A DNA stretch of 64,000 nucleotides from Octopus vulgaris (lineage: Eukaryota), in contig OX597829.1 in NCBI GenBank assembly GCA_951406725.2, forward strand, positions 19,344,001-19,408,000, written 5' to 3'. The notes under the pieces are model-generated. The model had not been told where the DNA came from. It did no database searches and was given only the letters and a program-made list of their open reading frames with translations. Made by a program: the position numbers and the translations under genes. The stretch's first letter is position 1; the number at the start of each line of letters is the position of its first letter. Of the stretch, positions 13,258 to 26,263 are shown piece after piece.

Positions 13258-13754
13258 GACACAGGTGTTGCATAAAAAGTACCTGTGTTGGTGTCACATG
13301 AAAAGCACTTGTGCCAGTGCTATGTAAAAAGCACCTGTGCTGGTGTCACATATGGAGCAGGTGCCACATACAGAGCATCTGTGCAAGTGCTATGTAAAAA
13401 GCACCTGTGCTGGTGCCGCATACGGAGCACCTGTGCAGGTGCTATGTAAAAAGCACCCATACTGGTGCCACATATGGAGCAGTTGTTACATATGGAGCAC
13501 CTGTGCCAGTGATATGTAAAAAGCACCCATGCTGGTGCCACATACAGAGCACTTGTGCCAGTGCAACTTATAGGGCATCCATGCTGGTGCCATGTAAAAA
13601 GCACCCAGTACACTCTGTAGAGTGGTTGGTGTTAGGAAGGGCATTCAACCATAGAAACCAAGCTAAAGCAGACAACTGGTGCAGCTCGCCTGCTCACTAA
13701 ATCCAGTCAAGCCATCCAAGTCATGCAAGCATAGAAAATGGACATTAAATGATG

Positions 13755-13829
<75 letters not shown>

Positions 13830-13830
13830 G
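13258..13830 (+). repeat. Minisatellite-like expansion (AAAAGCACCTGTGCTGGTG.CACATA.GGAGC) inside a (GAT)n-tailed repeat
   Basis: Many short degenerate units at 13258-13605, followed by the standard 3' tail and a long (GAT)n. Confidence 0.75.
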
Positions 13831-13854
13831 ACAGGCTTCCACATATTTTTGTTC

Positions 13855-14112
13855 TGAATTCTCAGGCTCTAATGCCCACAGACTCCACTAAGGACTTCTC
13901 TCTTGCCATGGTATTAAACCCTGCTGCAACCATCACAGTTTCTTGGTTTGTGCAGCCATGGAGGGTATCTCACATAATGCAGTAGTAAGCCTCCATCTCC
14001 TCATCTGTTTTGTTGTAAGTGAATAAACCTGGATCAAAGAGAGATTGAATGGTGGAGCCTTTCAAATATGCATAGGACACCTGATTATTGACTCCCCTGT
14101 AGGGGATCCAGT
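13855..14112 (-). mobile_element. RTE LINE AP-endonuclease fragment
   Basis: Reverse complement is collinear with 31675-31935 (KAPPFNLSLIQVYSPT). Confidence 0.7.
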
Positions 14113-15164
14113 TCTTCTAGACACTTGCACCAAGATGCTGCACAGTGGGACTGAACCCAAAACCACAGGGTTACAAAGCAGGCTCTTTAACCATACGGCT
14201 ATGCTTGTGAATGTGAAGCTTCTGCAGAGAGTAAAAAGAAGAAGGTGGGGTGTAAGAGGAAGAGTTGTTGCACAAGATGCAATGTTTAGGAACAACTTGA
14301 GAAAATTGAAAGTAAAAAGAAGAAAAAAACTGTTGGCTGGTACAAGACTACAGTGAGAAAAATACACAACAAAGAAGAATTCAAAGACTGAATGTGAAGA
14401 AATTAGCTCAAAATACACAAGACTAAATCTTATGAGTAAGAGAGATTACATGGAAATACACTGTTTTAAATGAGCTATCCAATACTTACGAGAATGGACA
14501 AAAAATATTCATATATAAATTCAACTTATGATGAAAGTAAACAAAGTTTGCTTTAAAAGCGTCAAGATGTATTGAAAGATAGATTTATAAATCCTACAAT
14601 TGCAGAACAATTTGTTACTGGTCAGTTTAGCTTAAAGGTAAAGCACTTGATGTGTAATCATAGGGATGTGAGTTTGGGTCTCATGGCTGGTCGGTAACAA
14701 ATTTTTCTGCAATATATGGATAGTTTCAAATTTTAGCACAAGGCCAGCAGTTTGAGAGGAGAGATAAGTTGATTCCATCAACTGTCAGCTCTCAACTGGT
14801 TCTTCTTTTATGGGCTCTGAAAGGATGAAAGACAAAGTTGACCTCAGCAGAATTTGAACTTTGAACATAAAGACGGATGAGTATTTCACCCAGCATGCTA
14901 ATGATTCTGCCTGCTTGCTACCTTTACTACCAAATATATTTAAAGGTTTATAAGTTAATACTGTGCCTCACATGTGTTAGCAGTACAATTCAATCACTTT
15001 TAAAAGTGATCTCTACAGGTTTTCTATAAAAATTAGATCCAGCACAGACTAGTTACAACATTACATAGACATATTCATACACAAAACATCGTAACAAATC
15101 AGTGCTGTTTTTCTTCTAGTGCTGACTTAAGCTGCCCAAGCTGCTCGCAGTAGATCTCTTTTGT

Positions 15165-15528
15165 TACAGTTCTATTTTTAAGAGATGAGGAATTATGTAT
15201 ATTATTTACATTTGACGTATATTTGTCCTCATCTTGTTTGTTGTTAACAAAACATTTTGGCTGATATACCCCCCAGCCTTCATCAGGTGTCTTGGGGAAA
15301 TTTCAAACCTGGCTTCTCATTCCTAAGGTATTTTTCGATGTTGTTATTATTATTATTCAAGTTACTGCCTGGAATCAAACTCGGAATCTTGGGGTTAGTA
15401 GCCTGCACTCTTAACCACTACGCCATATGCCCAAGACACCTGATGAAGAGTGGAAGGTATAACAGCCGAAACATTGTGTTAACAACAAACAAGATGAGGA
15501 CAAATATCCGTCAAATGTAAATAATGTA
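15165..15528 (-). mobile_element. tRNA-headed SINE with a hammerhead-like tail, preceded by an inverted copy of that tail
   Basis: Minus strand from 15430 reads GCATATGGCGTAGTGGTTAAG (A box)...GAGTTTGATTCC (B box). Arms 15198-15296 and 15430-15528 are inverted repeats. Confidence 0.7.
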
Positions 15529-16249
15529 AATCAGTGCTGGTTCTAATTTCTATAGAAAACCTGCAGAGATAATTTTAAAATATGATATTGAAACATGCAT
15601 GATGATGATGATGATGATGATATAAGTGACATGCAACTATTTTTTTAAACCTGCCTCATTTGCACAGCACTACAGAATATAGGTTAAGTCCTAGCTTCCT
15701 TGATAAACAGACTACAAAGCAAAAGAAATCTTAACATAGTCAAAAGAGTCATACACCCAATAATTTACAGAAATAAATGGGAAATTGAGGTTGATGTCTT
15801 AGAGAATGAAAAATGAACTAAACTGCCTTCAAGCAGGAATTAAAACCAAAATCTGTATGGTAGTAAAATAAAAAAATATATTGTACACCTATGTATAATA
15901 TTATATACAAATATTATACACTTCAGTAGAAAGCATAGCAAAATAACATTTTGTGAAACACAAATAAGTCTTTGACACACTAGAAAAGATTTTTTCAGAG
16001 TTTTTATTTTATTTTATTTTTTTGCTATTAACCTCATTTTAGAAGTGAAATATTTTTTCACCATTCATGTCTATACTAGCTCTTATTTACATAACAACAC
16101 TGTTATTTATCACTAGGCCACCATTGTTAATATTGCAATTTCAGGAACCATACAGTGCTGGGTTTACTCGGTCACTAGTAAGCATTGAATACATTGATTC
16201 TTTGACGTTTTTAACCTTCCCAAAGAAGAGAAAGTCTTCGATCAAATTT

Positions 16250-16640
16250 AGAAATTTCATTTCGTAGAAGTATATATAATTTTCCTTTTTCAAGCCTTTC
16301 CTAACTTAGATGTTTTCCCTTTCATTAAGGCTATTTGATGTTTCTTTTCTCTGTCCCACCAACACGTTCCACATGATGTGTTTGATGTTAAAGATACACT
16401 TTTTAATGTTTAATTACTCTTGATAAAGAACCTTTGAAGTGCAGTGTTACTTTTGAACACAGTTCTGATATTATAGGTTTTGCATACTCTTTGAATTTTC
16501 TCAATCCCTTTCAGTAATGTAGACATTAGTTAAATCTCTGCTTTGTGCATGACAGTAACTGAAGGTTTTCTACGATAAGCTCTGTATTTCTTCTGCTTAA
16601 TCTTCACAAATAACAATTTTCTTCTCCTTAATCAGATAAA
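16250..16640 (-). mobile_element. Degenerate Penelope-like fragment (RT-endonuclease linker)
   Basis: Minus-strand translation IEKIQRVCKTYNIRTVFKSNTALQR resembles the PLE linker; multiple stop codons. Confidence 0.55.
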
Positions 16641-18064
16641 TTGGTGCAGGTTGCTTTTCACTGCTTTTGTAGATATTTGGCAATTCCTTTCATAACTCTT
16701 TAGCATTTAAACTGGTCATATCCAGCCTAAATCTTCTACCTGCTTTACTATCAAACTGGTCAGATCTTGCCTCTCACACCTACCCTTCAAAGTCATTCTG
16801 AAAATAATCAAAATCTTGCAGTTACGAGATAATGCATGGTAATTTAAAGGGTAATGGGTAAAGAACCCCTTCAGTCATGAATGATCATGGGATTGCATCT
16901 AGAAAGTTCCTTTCTTAGGTACAAGTCCTGGCAAGGTTGTTTATATGGAAAACTAGCTGTCACCCATGCATACCAGCTTCCCCTCTCCACACCATTGATG
17001 TTATCCAAGGGAAAGGCAAATACCGATACAGTTTGGCACCAGTGACATTACAAATGATTTCTACAGCTGAGTGAACTAGAGCAACATGAAATAAAGTGTC
17101 TTGCTCAAGAACACAACACACAGCCCAGTCTGGGAATCAAATTCACAAGCTCATGACTGTGAGCCTGATACACTAAACACTGAGCCATGCACAGACGTGG
17201 ATGTGTGGTTAAGAAGCTTGGTTCCCAACCAAATGGTCTTAAGTTCAGTCCCAGCAACTATCACTTTCTGATTGTTAATTCAAAACAATTTGAATAAATA
17301 AGCATTGCATTTAACAGAGTAATCTGAATGCTAAACGAAGGCCTACAAGAAATTTGGACAACATTTTGGTGTTGCCAGAGTTAAAGACACAGCTACCTTC
17401 CTCCAGATAGAATTGATATAAAAACAGGAAGTTTGACTTCATTCTCATTTGCAGTACTAGTGATGACTCGTAGTTATCTTTTGATTTGGTAAATTTCATT
17501 ACCAAAGAACAAATGACAAGAAAGTATTAAGAGGTTAAGTAGTTTGAAACATGTAAACATCAGAAAAAAAATCACCCACTATGTTTTGTTCCTTCAGCAA
17601 GACACCTATTCCTTCCCCTCCATCATACTTTCGCCTCCTTCAACACTATATCTCCACTCATTTGATAGGTCTTGATTTGAGTTACTTGGAGACTTCACTA
17701 GAGCTTGTACTACAGACACACAGGCATAAAGTGCTTAGTACAATCTGTAAAGTGGTTGGCATTTGAAAGGGCATCCAGCAATAGAAACCATGCTTGGCAG
17801 AGTCCTCTGGCTTGTTGGTTCCTGTTGAACCATCCAACCCATGCCAGTATTGAAAATAGGCATTAAATGATGATGATTAAAGATGAAAGCTAATCGCTAA
17901 TATCAAAAGTTGCTATTTTAATATTTATGGAGATTTTGATATTTAAATTAATCTAGATCTGTCAACAGACAATGTCTCATCTTTTAAACCACAATATAAT
18001 TAATCTTGTACGAGGTTCATACAAATCAGGAGATAGCTTAATGGCTGACATATTCTCTCTCATT

Positions 18065-18600
18065 AACTTGTTTCAGTCATTTGATTGCGGCCATGCTGGA
18101 GCACCGCCTTTAGTCGAGCAAATCGACCTCCAGGACTTATTCTTTGTAAGCCTAGTACTTATTCTATCAGTCACTTTTGCTGAACCACTAAGTTACAGAG
18201 ATGTAAACACACCAGCAATGGTTGTCAAGCGATGTTGGGGGAACAAACACAGACATACAAACACACACATATATATATACATATATACGATGAGCTTCTT
18301 TCAGTTTCCGTCTACCAGATCCACTCACAAGGCTTTAGTCAGCCTGAGGCTATAGTAGAAGACACTTGCCCAAGATGTCACGCAGTGGAACTGAACCCGG
18401 AACCATGTGGTTGGTAAGCAAGCTACTTACCACACAGCCACTCCTGCACCTATAATGTATACATATATATACAACAGGCTTCTTTCAGTTTCCATCTACC
18501 AAATCCACTCACAAGGCCTTGGTCGGCCTGAGGCTATAGTAGAAGACACTAGCCCAAGGTGCCATGCAGTGGGACTGAACCACACAGCCACTCCTGCGCC
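18065..18600 (-). mobile_element. Family-A SINE, full copy plus tandem partial copy
   Basis: tRNA-like head at ~18450 and ~18600, central (CA/TA) run, tail GGCGGTGCTCCAGCATGGCCGC...CTGAAACAAGT. Confidence 0.8.
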
Positions 18601-18726
18601 TACATGCTGAATTTCTATGATTAACAACAGTTCTTTGTGGATTTTGTTTTCTTTTAGAAGAGGAAACCTGCACATGAGGTAACTTACAATGGCTGTTGCA
18701 TAAAGCTGGCAATATTGATAGTCAAT

Positions 18727-19172
18727 AAATCGGAATCGAAATTGAACCAATCCTATGACTGGCACCCGGCAGATGCCAGGACCCCTGGACTGGAGATACG
18801 TAAAAAGCACTATCCGAATCGTGGCCGAAGCCAGTACCGCCTCGACTGGCTTCCGTGCAGGTGGCACTTAAAAAGCACCATCCGAATCGTGGCTGAAGCC
18901 AGTGCCGCCTCGACTGGCTTCCGTGCCGGTGGCACATAAAATACACCAATCCTGACCGTGGCCGTTGCCAGCCTCGCCTGGCACCTGTGCAGGTGGCACG
19001 TAAAAAGCACCCACTACACTCACGGAGTGGTTGGCGTTAGGAAGGGCATCCAGCTGTAGAAACATTGCCAGATAAGACCAGAGCCTGATGCAGCCTTCTG
19101 GCTTCCCAGATCCCCAGTCGAACCGTCCAACCTATGCTAGCATGGAGAACGGACGTTAAACGATGATGATGA
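18727..19172 (+). mobile_element. Young, CpG-rich RTE 3'-UTR-type repeat with internal tandem units and (GAT)n tail
   Basis: Units AAAAGCAC.ATCCGAATCGTGGC.GAAGCCAGT.CCGCCTCGACTGGCTTCCGTGC, ending CGGACGTTAAACGATGATGAT. Relatives at 21148-21601, 43600-43905 (minus) and 48470-48955. Confidence 0.8.
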
Positions 19173-19917
19173 ATAAAACAGATTTCATTTGCAGTAGGAC
19201 TGATATCTTCCATTTGGCAGATACAGTTGGGATATTTTAAAAATTCTTATTAACCTTTTTTGCAAGAAAAACTCTGTGTATTCTATCAAACTCATGACTA
19301 TTGTAACATTACCCTTAACTGCAGATAGAAGTAGGATCCTAGTCTTCCTGGGTGGCTTTGATGGCCTTTTTCTCATTGAACGCTATTTCCATTCAAACAC
19401 AACTGCTGCTTCAAAGCAATTGAGTGAGAGACAGTGGAAGGCAAGTGGCAGTTCCTGGGTCAGAGAGAGACCTGTGTTGCCAGATGCTGCCATAGTTATT
19501 GTACCAGCAACTGCCCAACATCCAAAAATTGATTTTTTATTTACTGTTTTATTTCCTTATTTTTTGTAGTCCTAAGTGTGGATGGTCTAAAGTCAAGGAG
19601 GAGGTGTAAATACATATCATCATCATCATTTAACATCCGTCTTCCATGCTGTCATGGGTTGGACAGTTTGACAGTAGCAAGCCAAGTAGAAGACTACTAC
19701 AAGTTGCTGTGTCTGTTTTGGCAGGGTTTTTTTATAGCTGGATGCCCTTCCCAACACCAAGTGTCCTATAGAGTGGCTAAATGCTTTTTACATGGCACCA
19801 GCACTGGCAGGGTCACCAAGTAACTTTGCAAGACGAGGAATTTTTGAGAAAGGAAGGGGTAGAGAGAGAGAGAGAGAGAGAGAGATATGAAAGAGATAGA
19901 AAGTGATAACATTTATA

Positions 19918-21647
19918 TATTGGATCATCCCATAAATAATGCGGTTTTTTTCAATTGCATGAACTAAAAGTCAGAGGACGGGATAAGCTACCTACATCAA
20001 CTTGCTATAAAAGCAGGTAGTAATTTTTACCTTGTCCTTATTCTTAGTGTAAGTTTTGAAGAGTGCAGTTCGATTTTAACAGTTATTTTTTCAAAGCTAT
20101 AATGGAAGTGACAAAGGAGAATATATGGCATATTTTGCTTTATGAGTTCAATAAAGGCAACAGAAAGTATGAAGAATATTAATGCAGTATATGGGGATCG
20201 GACAATAAGCATAAACCAGTGTCAATGGTGGTTCCAGAAATTCTGTGCTGGAAACTACAGCCTAGAAGACAAGCATCATCTTGAAAAATCTGTAGAGCTC
20301 AATGAGAACATCCTGCAAACCCTAGTGGAATAAAATCCCATTGTAACCATTGAGGAACTAGCAGAGAAGCTTGGATTTGGTCATTCAATCATTCGTCAAC
20401 ACCGTGTGCTACTGGAAAAGCCAGAAAATTGGGTCAGTGGGTCCCTCACAAACTTTCCAAGTTTAATTGTGCACAGAGGGTGAATGCGTGCTCTTCTTTG
20501 CTGTCAAGTCTCACAAATGAACCTTTTTTGGACTGAACAGTGACTGGTGACGAGAAATGGGTTCTCTATAAAAATGTCAAGTGCTGAAGACAGCCGGTAG
20601 GGAAAGCAGAAACACTGGCACCCCAGGCTAAAGAAGGTCTTCCCCCACATAAAGTGTTGTTATCTGTTGGGTGGGATATGAAAGGTTTAGTCCACTTTGA
20701 ACTTTTAAACCCAAACAAAATAACAAAGGAGATCTACTGTGAGTAGCTTGAATGACTTAAGTCAGCACTAGAAGAAAAACAACCATCTTTGGTTTCAAGA
20801 CAAAAGGTCTTCTTTCATCAGGATAATGCTCAGTCATATACAGTAAGGATGACATTCCGGAGGCTGGAGCAGTTTGAATGGGAAATGATGCCCCACCCAC
20901 CATATTCGCTGGACATTGCCCATCTTATTATCATTTATTCCGCAGTCTTCAAAATCATTTAGATGGAAAAAATATGAATTCTGTAGACAAGGTCAGAACA
21001 GTACTGGAGGAGTATTTTTCGTCATAGATGAGCAAATTTGGAAGGGGTGGGCCCTTGTCAATCTACCAGATAGATGGAAGAGCTTTGAGTAAAATGAAGG
21101 ATGGTATATTTTAGATTAAAAAAGAACTCTTCTTTATCTTAATTTTGAATTGAAATTGAACCAAATTCAATGACTGGCACCCGTGTCATCCGAGCGGGAT
21201 CAATGCGAGAGCAGCTGTCTGGCTTCCGTGCCAGTGGGCACATAAAAAGCACCATTTGAGCATGATCGTTATCAGCGTCGCCTTACTGGCATGTGAACAA
21301 AACATTCAAACGAGGTCGTTGCCAGTGCTGCTGGACTGACTCCTGCGCAGGTGGCACATAAAAAACACCATTTCGAGCGTGGCCGTTACCAGTACCGCCA
21401 GACTGGCCCTCATGCCGGTGGCACGTAAAAGTACCCACTACACTCTCGGAGTGGTTGGCATTAGGAAGGGCATCCAGCAGCAGAAACTCTGCCAGATCAA
21501 GATTGGAGCCTGGTGCAGCCATCTGGTTCGCCAGTCCTCAGTCAAATCGTCCAACCCATGCTAGCATGGAAAGCGGACGTTAAAGGATGATGATGATGAT
21601 GAAAAGAAGTATAATAAAACCACATTATTTATGGGATAACATAATAT
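19918..21647 (+). mobile_element. Near full-length mariner (DD34D) transposon, pseudogenised, with a retroposon inserted at 21148-21601
   Basis: TIRs TTGGATCATCCCATAAATAATGCGGTTTT and AAAACCACATTATTTATGGGATAACATAA, TA flanks. Transposase from ATG 20102 (MEVTKENIWHILLYEFNKG) with WVPHKL, VTGDEKW, HQDNA and HPPYSLDIA motifs, broken by stops and frameshifts. Confidence 0.92.
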
Positions 21648-22299
21648 ATACAGGTAGAGAACTGAAACAATAGAATATTAAACTAAAGCAGACAGGTCAA
21701 CTCTGCTGGTTGCATGCTCTCTACCACCTGTATGAATATCATACTTTAACTTTCAGTCAATGATTCAAAACAGTTTACAGAGATTCAACATCTAACAATG
21801 CTTAAATATTATAAGAGTATTTGTCTTATTAAAAGATAAGGTATACATTTCCATAAAAAGTAGAAAAAAAAATAGATAAAAAAAAAAGGACGAAAATCTC
21901 AAGTAAAGAAATTCAGCATCATAATTTTTCTTTCTTTTAAATGACCAAAAAGTAACTTGTTTTTTAAATACAAAGCTATTTCTTTGAAATTAAAAAGCTT
22001 TATATATACACACATGTATATACACAAACAGTGTTTATTCACAATATTTAACACGAGTTTTATTTATGCTTTAACTTCATAAAAACAAGGTTCTTCACCT
22101 GTCATTAAGTTATGGTTAAGAATTCTGTCTATATAGATGAAAACTAGAGACACATGTTGCAGGCAACTACCTGTGTGTATGTACACAATGAACAACAAAA
22201 CACAAACATATGATATAAAGACAAATAGTCTTTAGTCTTTTCTGCTTTAAAAGATCATTATACATAGCTGATATCATGATCTGAAGTGTCTTTGTGTTT

Positions 22300-22540
22300 A
22301 TATATATATATAAATAACTGAGAATGTCTGTATGTGCACATTACTAAAACTTGAAAACTACCCAACCAATTTCATTTGAATTTTATACATGCCTTACTTA
22401 GGGTCCATGCAGTGTCATGGGCCAAAAACATTTTCAACCTCTTGCCTAATGCAAGCCCAGAGCAATCCTATCTCTTACACTATTTCAGTATTACATGTCA
22501 AACAATAACATCTCTATTATAATGTGAAATAATACTTTCA
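22300..22540 (+). mobile_element. Possible non-autonomous Helitron-like 5' end
   Basis: TATATATAAATAACTGAGAATGTCTGTATGTG start resembles non-autonomous Helitron 5' ends. No 3' hairpin-CTAG was identified. Confidence 0.3.
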
Positions 22541-22570
22541 CTATGTATTTATATACATGTTTGTATATAT

Positions 22571-22609
<39 letters not shown>

Positions 22610-22950
22610 TATGTATATATGTATATTTATGTGTATATATATGTGTGTGTGTGTGTGGCACCGTGGGCAAGTGTCTTTTACTATAGCATTGGGCCAACCA
22701 AAGCCTTGTGAGTGGATTTGGTAGACAGAAACTGAAAGAAGCCCATCATATATATGAGTGTGTGTGTGTCTGTCTTTGTTCCGACCCCAACAAACATCGC
22801 TTGAGAACTGATGATGGTGTGTTTATGTCCCTGTAACTTAGCAGTTTGGCAAAAGAGATTGATAGAAAAAGCACTAGGCTTAGAAAGAATAAATCCTGGG
22901 ATCGATTTGTTCGACTAAAGGCAGTGCTCAAATGACTGAAACAAGTGAAA

Positions 22951-22993
<43 letters not shown>

Positions 22994-23042
22994 TAAACTG
23001 ATTAGCTGTGTAAATAGGCATAAATAAATTAGGTGTTCCCCT

Positions 23043-24175
23043 CTTAGGAATGTCCCATGCAGTGAACATCTAGATATTTGTGCAAATGGCAAATTTTAAA
23101 TATTCCCATTTTACAAAATAAAAGATGAAAATATTACAAAATAAATGATGAAGACTATGAAAGGCAAAAGAAGAATACTTTATAAGAATTCTAAATCCAA
23201 AATTAAACCGAAAATAGCCAACACCACAAATAAACAATGGTAAAAGAATATTTATAACCAAAACCATAAGTCTGAAAATAAACCTGTAATAATACTACCA
23301 CTACCACAAAAATAAATTCCTCTTTAAGAGCACATGTGTTTGAAAAGGTTTAACGAAAGCGCTCACATACTACAAAAAAACTTCTTCCCAAAAAAGGTTA
23401 GTAAACATACTCATAACAGATTTCATAACATTTTACACTTCAAAAACTATTAAGTAATCCTCATAGACTTTCAAATACACACACACATATATATATACAT
23501 AAATATGTATAGTAAGAGAAGGGATATCCAGGCAGATATGGAATAAAAAGCCAAGGCTGGTTCCTTCTGGGTTTTTTGGTAATTGTCCTTTAGGTCCCAT
23601 CTGATATTCATTTTATTTCTTGGCTACTTAAGAGTGAAAAGTACAATATTGATAACAAAGAATTTGAACATTCAAACTTTATGTCTATTTCCAGTTAGTT
23701 TATTCATAATAATTGTTCAACTAACCAGAAATAAAAATGAAATTTGAAAGTTCAAATTCTTCATTCTCCTTTATATATATATGTGTTACATCTGTTTACA
23801 GGAAACATTTTGATTATGCCAATAAAGCTCTTATTCCATTATGCCAGCCACATCTTATGACACTGACCGGTGAACCACTTTCTGGGGATAAATATAGTGA
23901 TAATAACAATAATCCTTGGATGGGATTTATAAACATTTCATTTAATCAACCTCCTTGCTGGTCAAAAGGGATTAAAAAAACAGTTAAACATTCATTAATG
24001 TTGTATCACCTGAAGAAATGAATCCATGAAGATAATCTGTCTGATGTCCAAAGATACTATGGACTACACTGTAATCATCCCAGGAATATGGACTGTAAGC
24101 TTAAGAGACATGTGATTCGCAAAACGTGCATAGCGATGCATTAAATGTTTATAATTCCATCCAAGAATGATTATC
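23043..24175 (+). mobile_element. Penelope-like element 3' end: endonuclease C-terminus, UTR and degenerate hammerhead
   Basis: LRNVPCSEHLDICANGKF*IFPFYK...KAKEEYFIRILNPKLN matches the PLE GIY-YIG C-terminus. Hammerhead-like relic at 24003-24139. Continuity of the intervening ~800 bp is inferred. Confidence 0.65.
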
Positions 24176-24348
24176 ATTATTATAAATATACATATACTCT
24201 CTTGACTCTTTTACTTGTTTCAGTCATTTGACTGTGGCCATGCGGGAGCACTGATACACACACACACACACACATATATAATATATACATTATATATATA
24301 TAGACACTTATACATACATAATACATATATATATAGACATACACACAC

Positions 24349-24396
<48 letters not shown>

Positions 24397-24586
24397 CCCA
24401 TGCTAGCATGGAAAACGGACGCTAAATGATGATGATGATGCATATACACACACACACATATATATACACACAAGACAACTTATTTCCAAACAGAGACAAT
24501 GTTAGAACAGCAGAAACATTGGACAAATTACCCTTTACACATTTCTGTGCTTATAAACCACTCCCCAAAAAAAAAAAAAGCTTGTC

Positions 24587-24625
<39 letters not shown>

Positions 24626-24699
24626 CAAACATACTCACAGGTATGATGCCTATTAATCAAAAGCACAAAGCAATTTTTAAATTCTATTTTATCCATTTT

Positions 24700-25410
24700 A
24701 TTTACATAAAAAAAGCATAACAATACATAGTGTTTCAGAGAAAAGTTAAGTACTCTGCACTAAATTTCATTCCTTAATCATAAAGATTAGCAAAAGCCTA
24801 ACTGTAATGTGTATGAAGGTAGTTTTATTATTTTTTTTACTCAGTATTTTATAGATAGGTATATAAAGAAAATAATCTGAAAGGCAGCATCAGGACTAGA
24901 AAAAAAAATCCCCAAATTACATTTTATTAACAAAGGAAATATATATATAAATTTTAAAAAAGTCTTTAATGAGTTAAAATCTTAACTAATATCCCCACTT
25001 ATTTCAATCTTGGTTGGCTTGCACAACAGAATAATCTAATTAAAAAAAATCTAAATTGAGAATTAAAAAAAAAAACATATGAAATACTGAAGAATAAAGG
25101 AAATATATGGATGTATATATGTAAAAAAAATTGAAATTATATGTATAAACCAAGTTAATGTTTTAAATTTTATTTGGTATTTATATTCTTTCTTTCTGTT
25201 AAATGAATACGTCACCAGTTATATATAATACCTGAAATGATGACAATGAATGAATACAAATGGTAAATGCCATGGATAGCCAACAGTCCCTTACTTATTG
25301 AAGATGCTTGTAATAATTTCAATAAACTAGGTGTTTAAGAAATGTACATGGGTGCACATAACTTTCTGTCCCTTTTTGATTAGGTTCATTATATTTTTAT
25401 GGTGCTAGTC

Positions 25411-25455
<45 letters not shown>

Positions 25456-26232
25456 TATATATGTATATAGATATATATATATATATATATAGATATATAT
25501 AGATATATGCATATAGATATATAGATATATATAGATATATGTATATAGATATATATATACATATATATATTCTTTTTCTTATATAACAAAGAGTAGGTTG
25601 TTTTCCTTTTACTAGTTGTGTTTTATTTTTATATTAGAAACTTTTCAATAGTAATAGGCTACTGAAGTTTGCAAACTAGGCATAGGAATGGTCTTCATGT
25701 GACAAAACAGATCAGATGGTGAAAAATGTTTCAGATGATTAATAAATATTAACCTTTGATAGGTCAAGCAAAATTGTTTGTTTTGTTTGTTTGGATTTTT
25801 TGTTTATTTTTATTTTATTTTTTTTATATATTAAACTTTGTGTAAAGAACTTTACATGATAACATTAGGCAAGCCATCAGACAAACATTACACTGAGTTA
25901 ATTCAGAAAGCTGTACACGCATCATTTTTTATATTTTTAAAAATTTTTTTCTTTTTTCCACACATCCATCGCCATGCAATAACTGACTCAGGCAAACAGT
26001 AGAGTCATACCCGAGCTAAAAAAATTGCATATCTAATATAGTTGTACAGGTTCATGTACATAATGAGCAAGGTTACAATGACATCTTGTAACAGGTTTCT
26101 TAGATAGCAAGATCAACATAGTGATCCCTGATGATAGAATCTTTGTGTTATTTATTTTCAATACATATATATATATATATACATACATACATACATACAT
26201 ATACATACATATATATATACATACATACATAT

Positions 26233-26263
<31 letters not shown>

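Noticed and set aside
15365-15430. Possible tRNA gene
   Set aside because: A and B boxes are present but the acceptor stem does not close and the sequence continues into a repeat body; treated as a SINE head.
20102-21117. Functional or domesticated mariner transposase
   Set aside because: Several in-frame stops and frameshifts; it is a dead copy.
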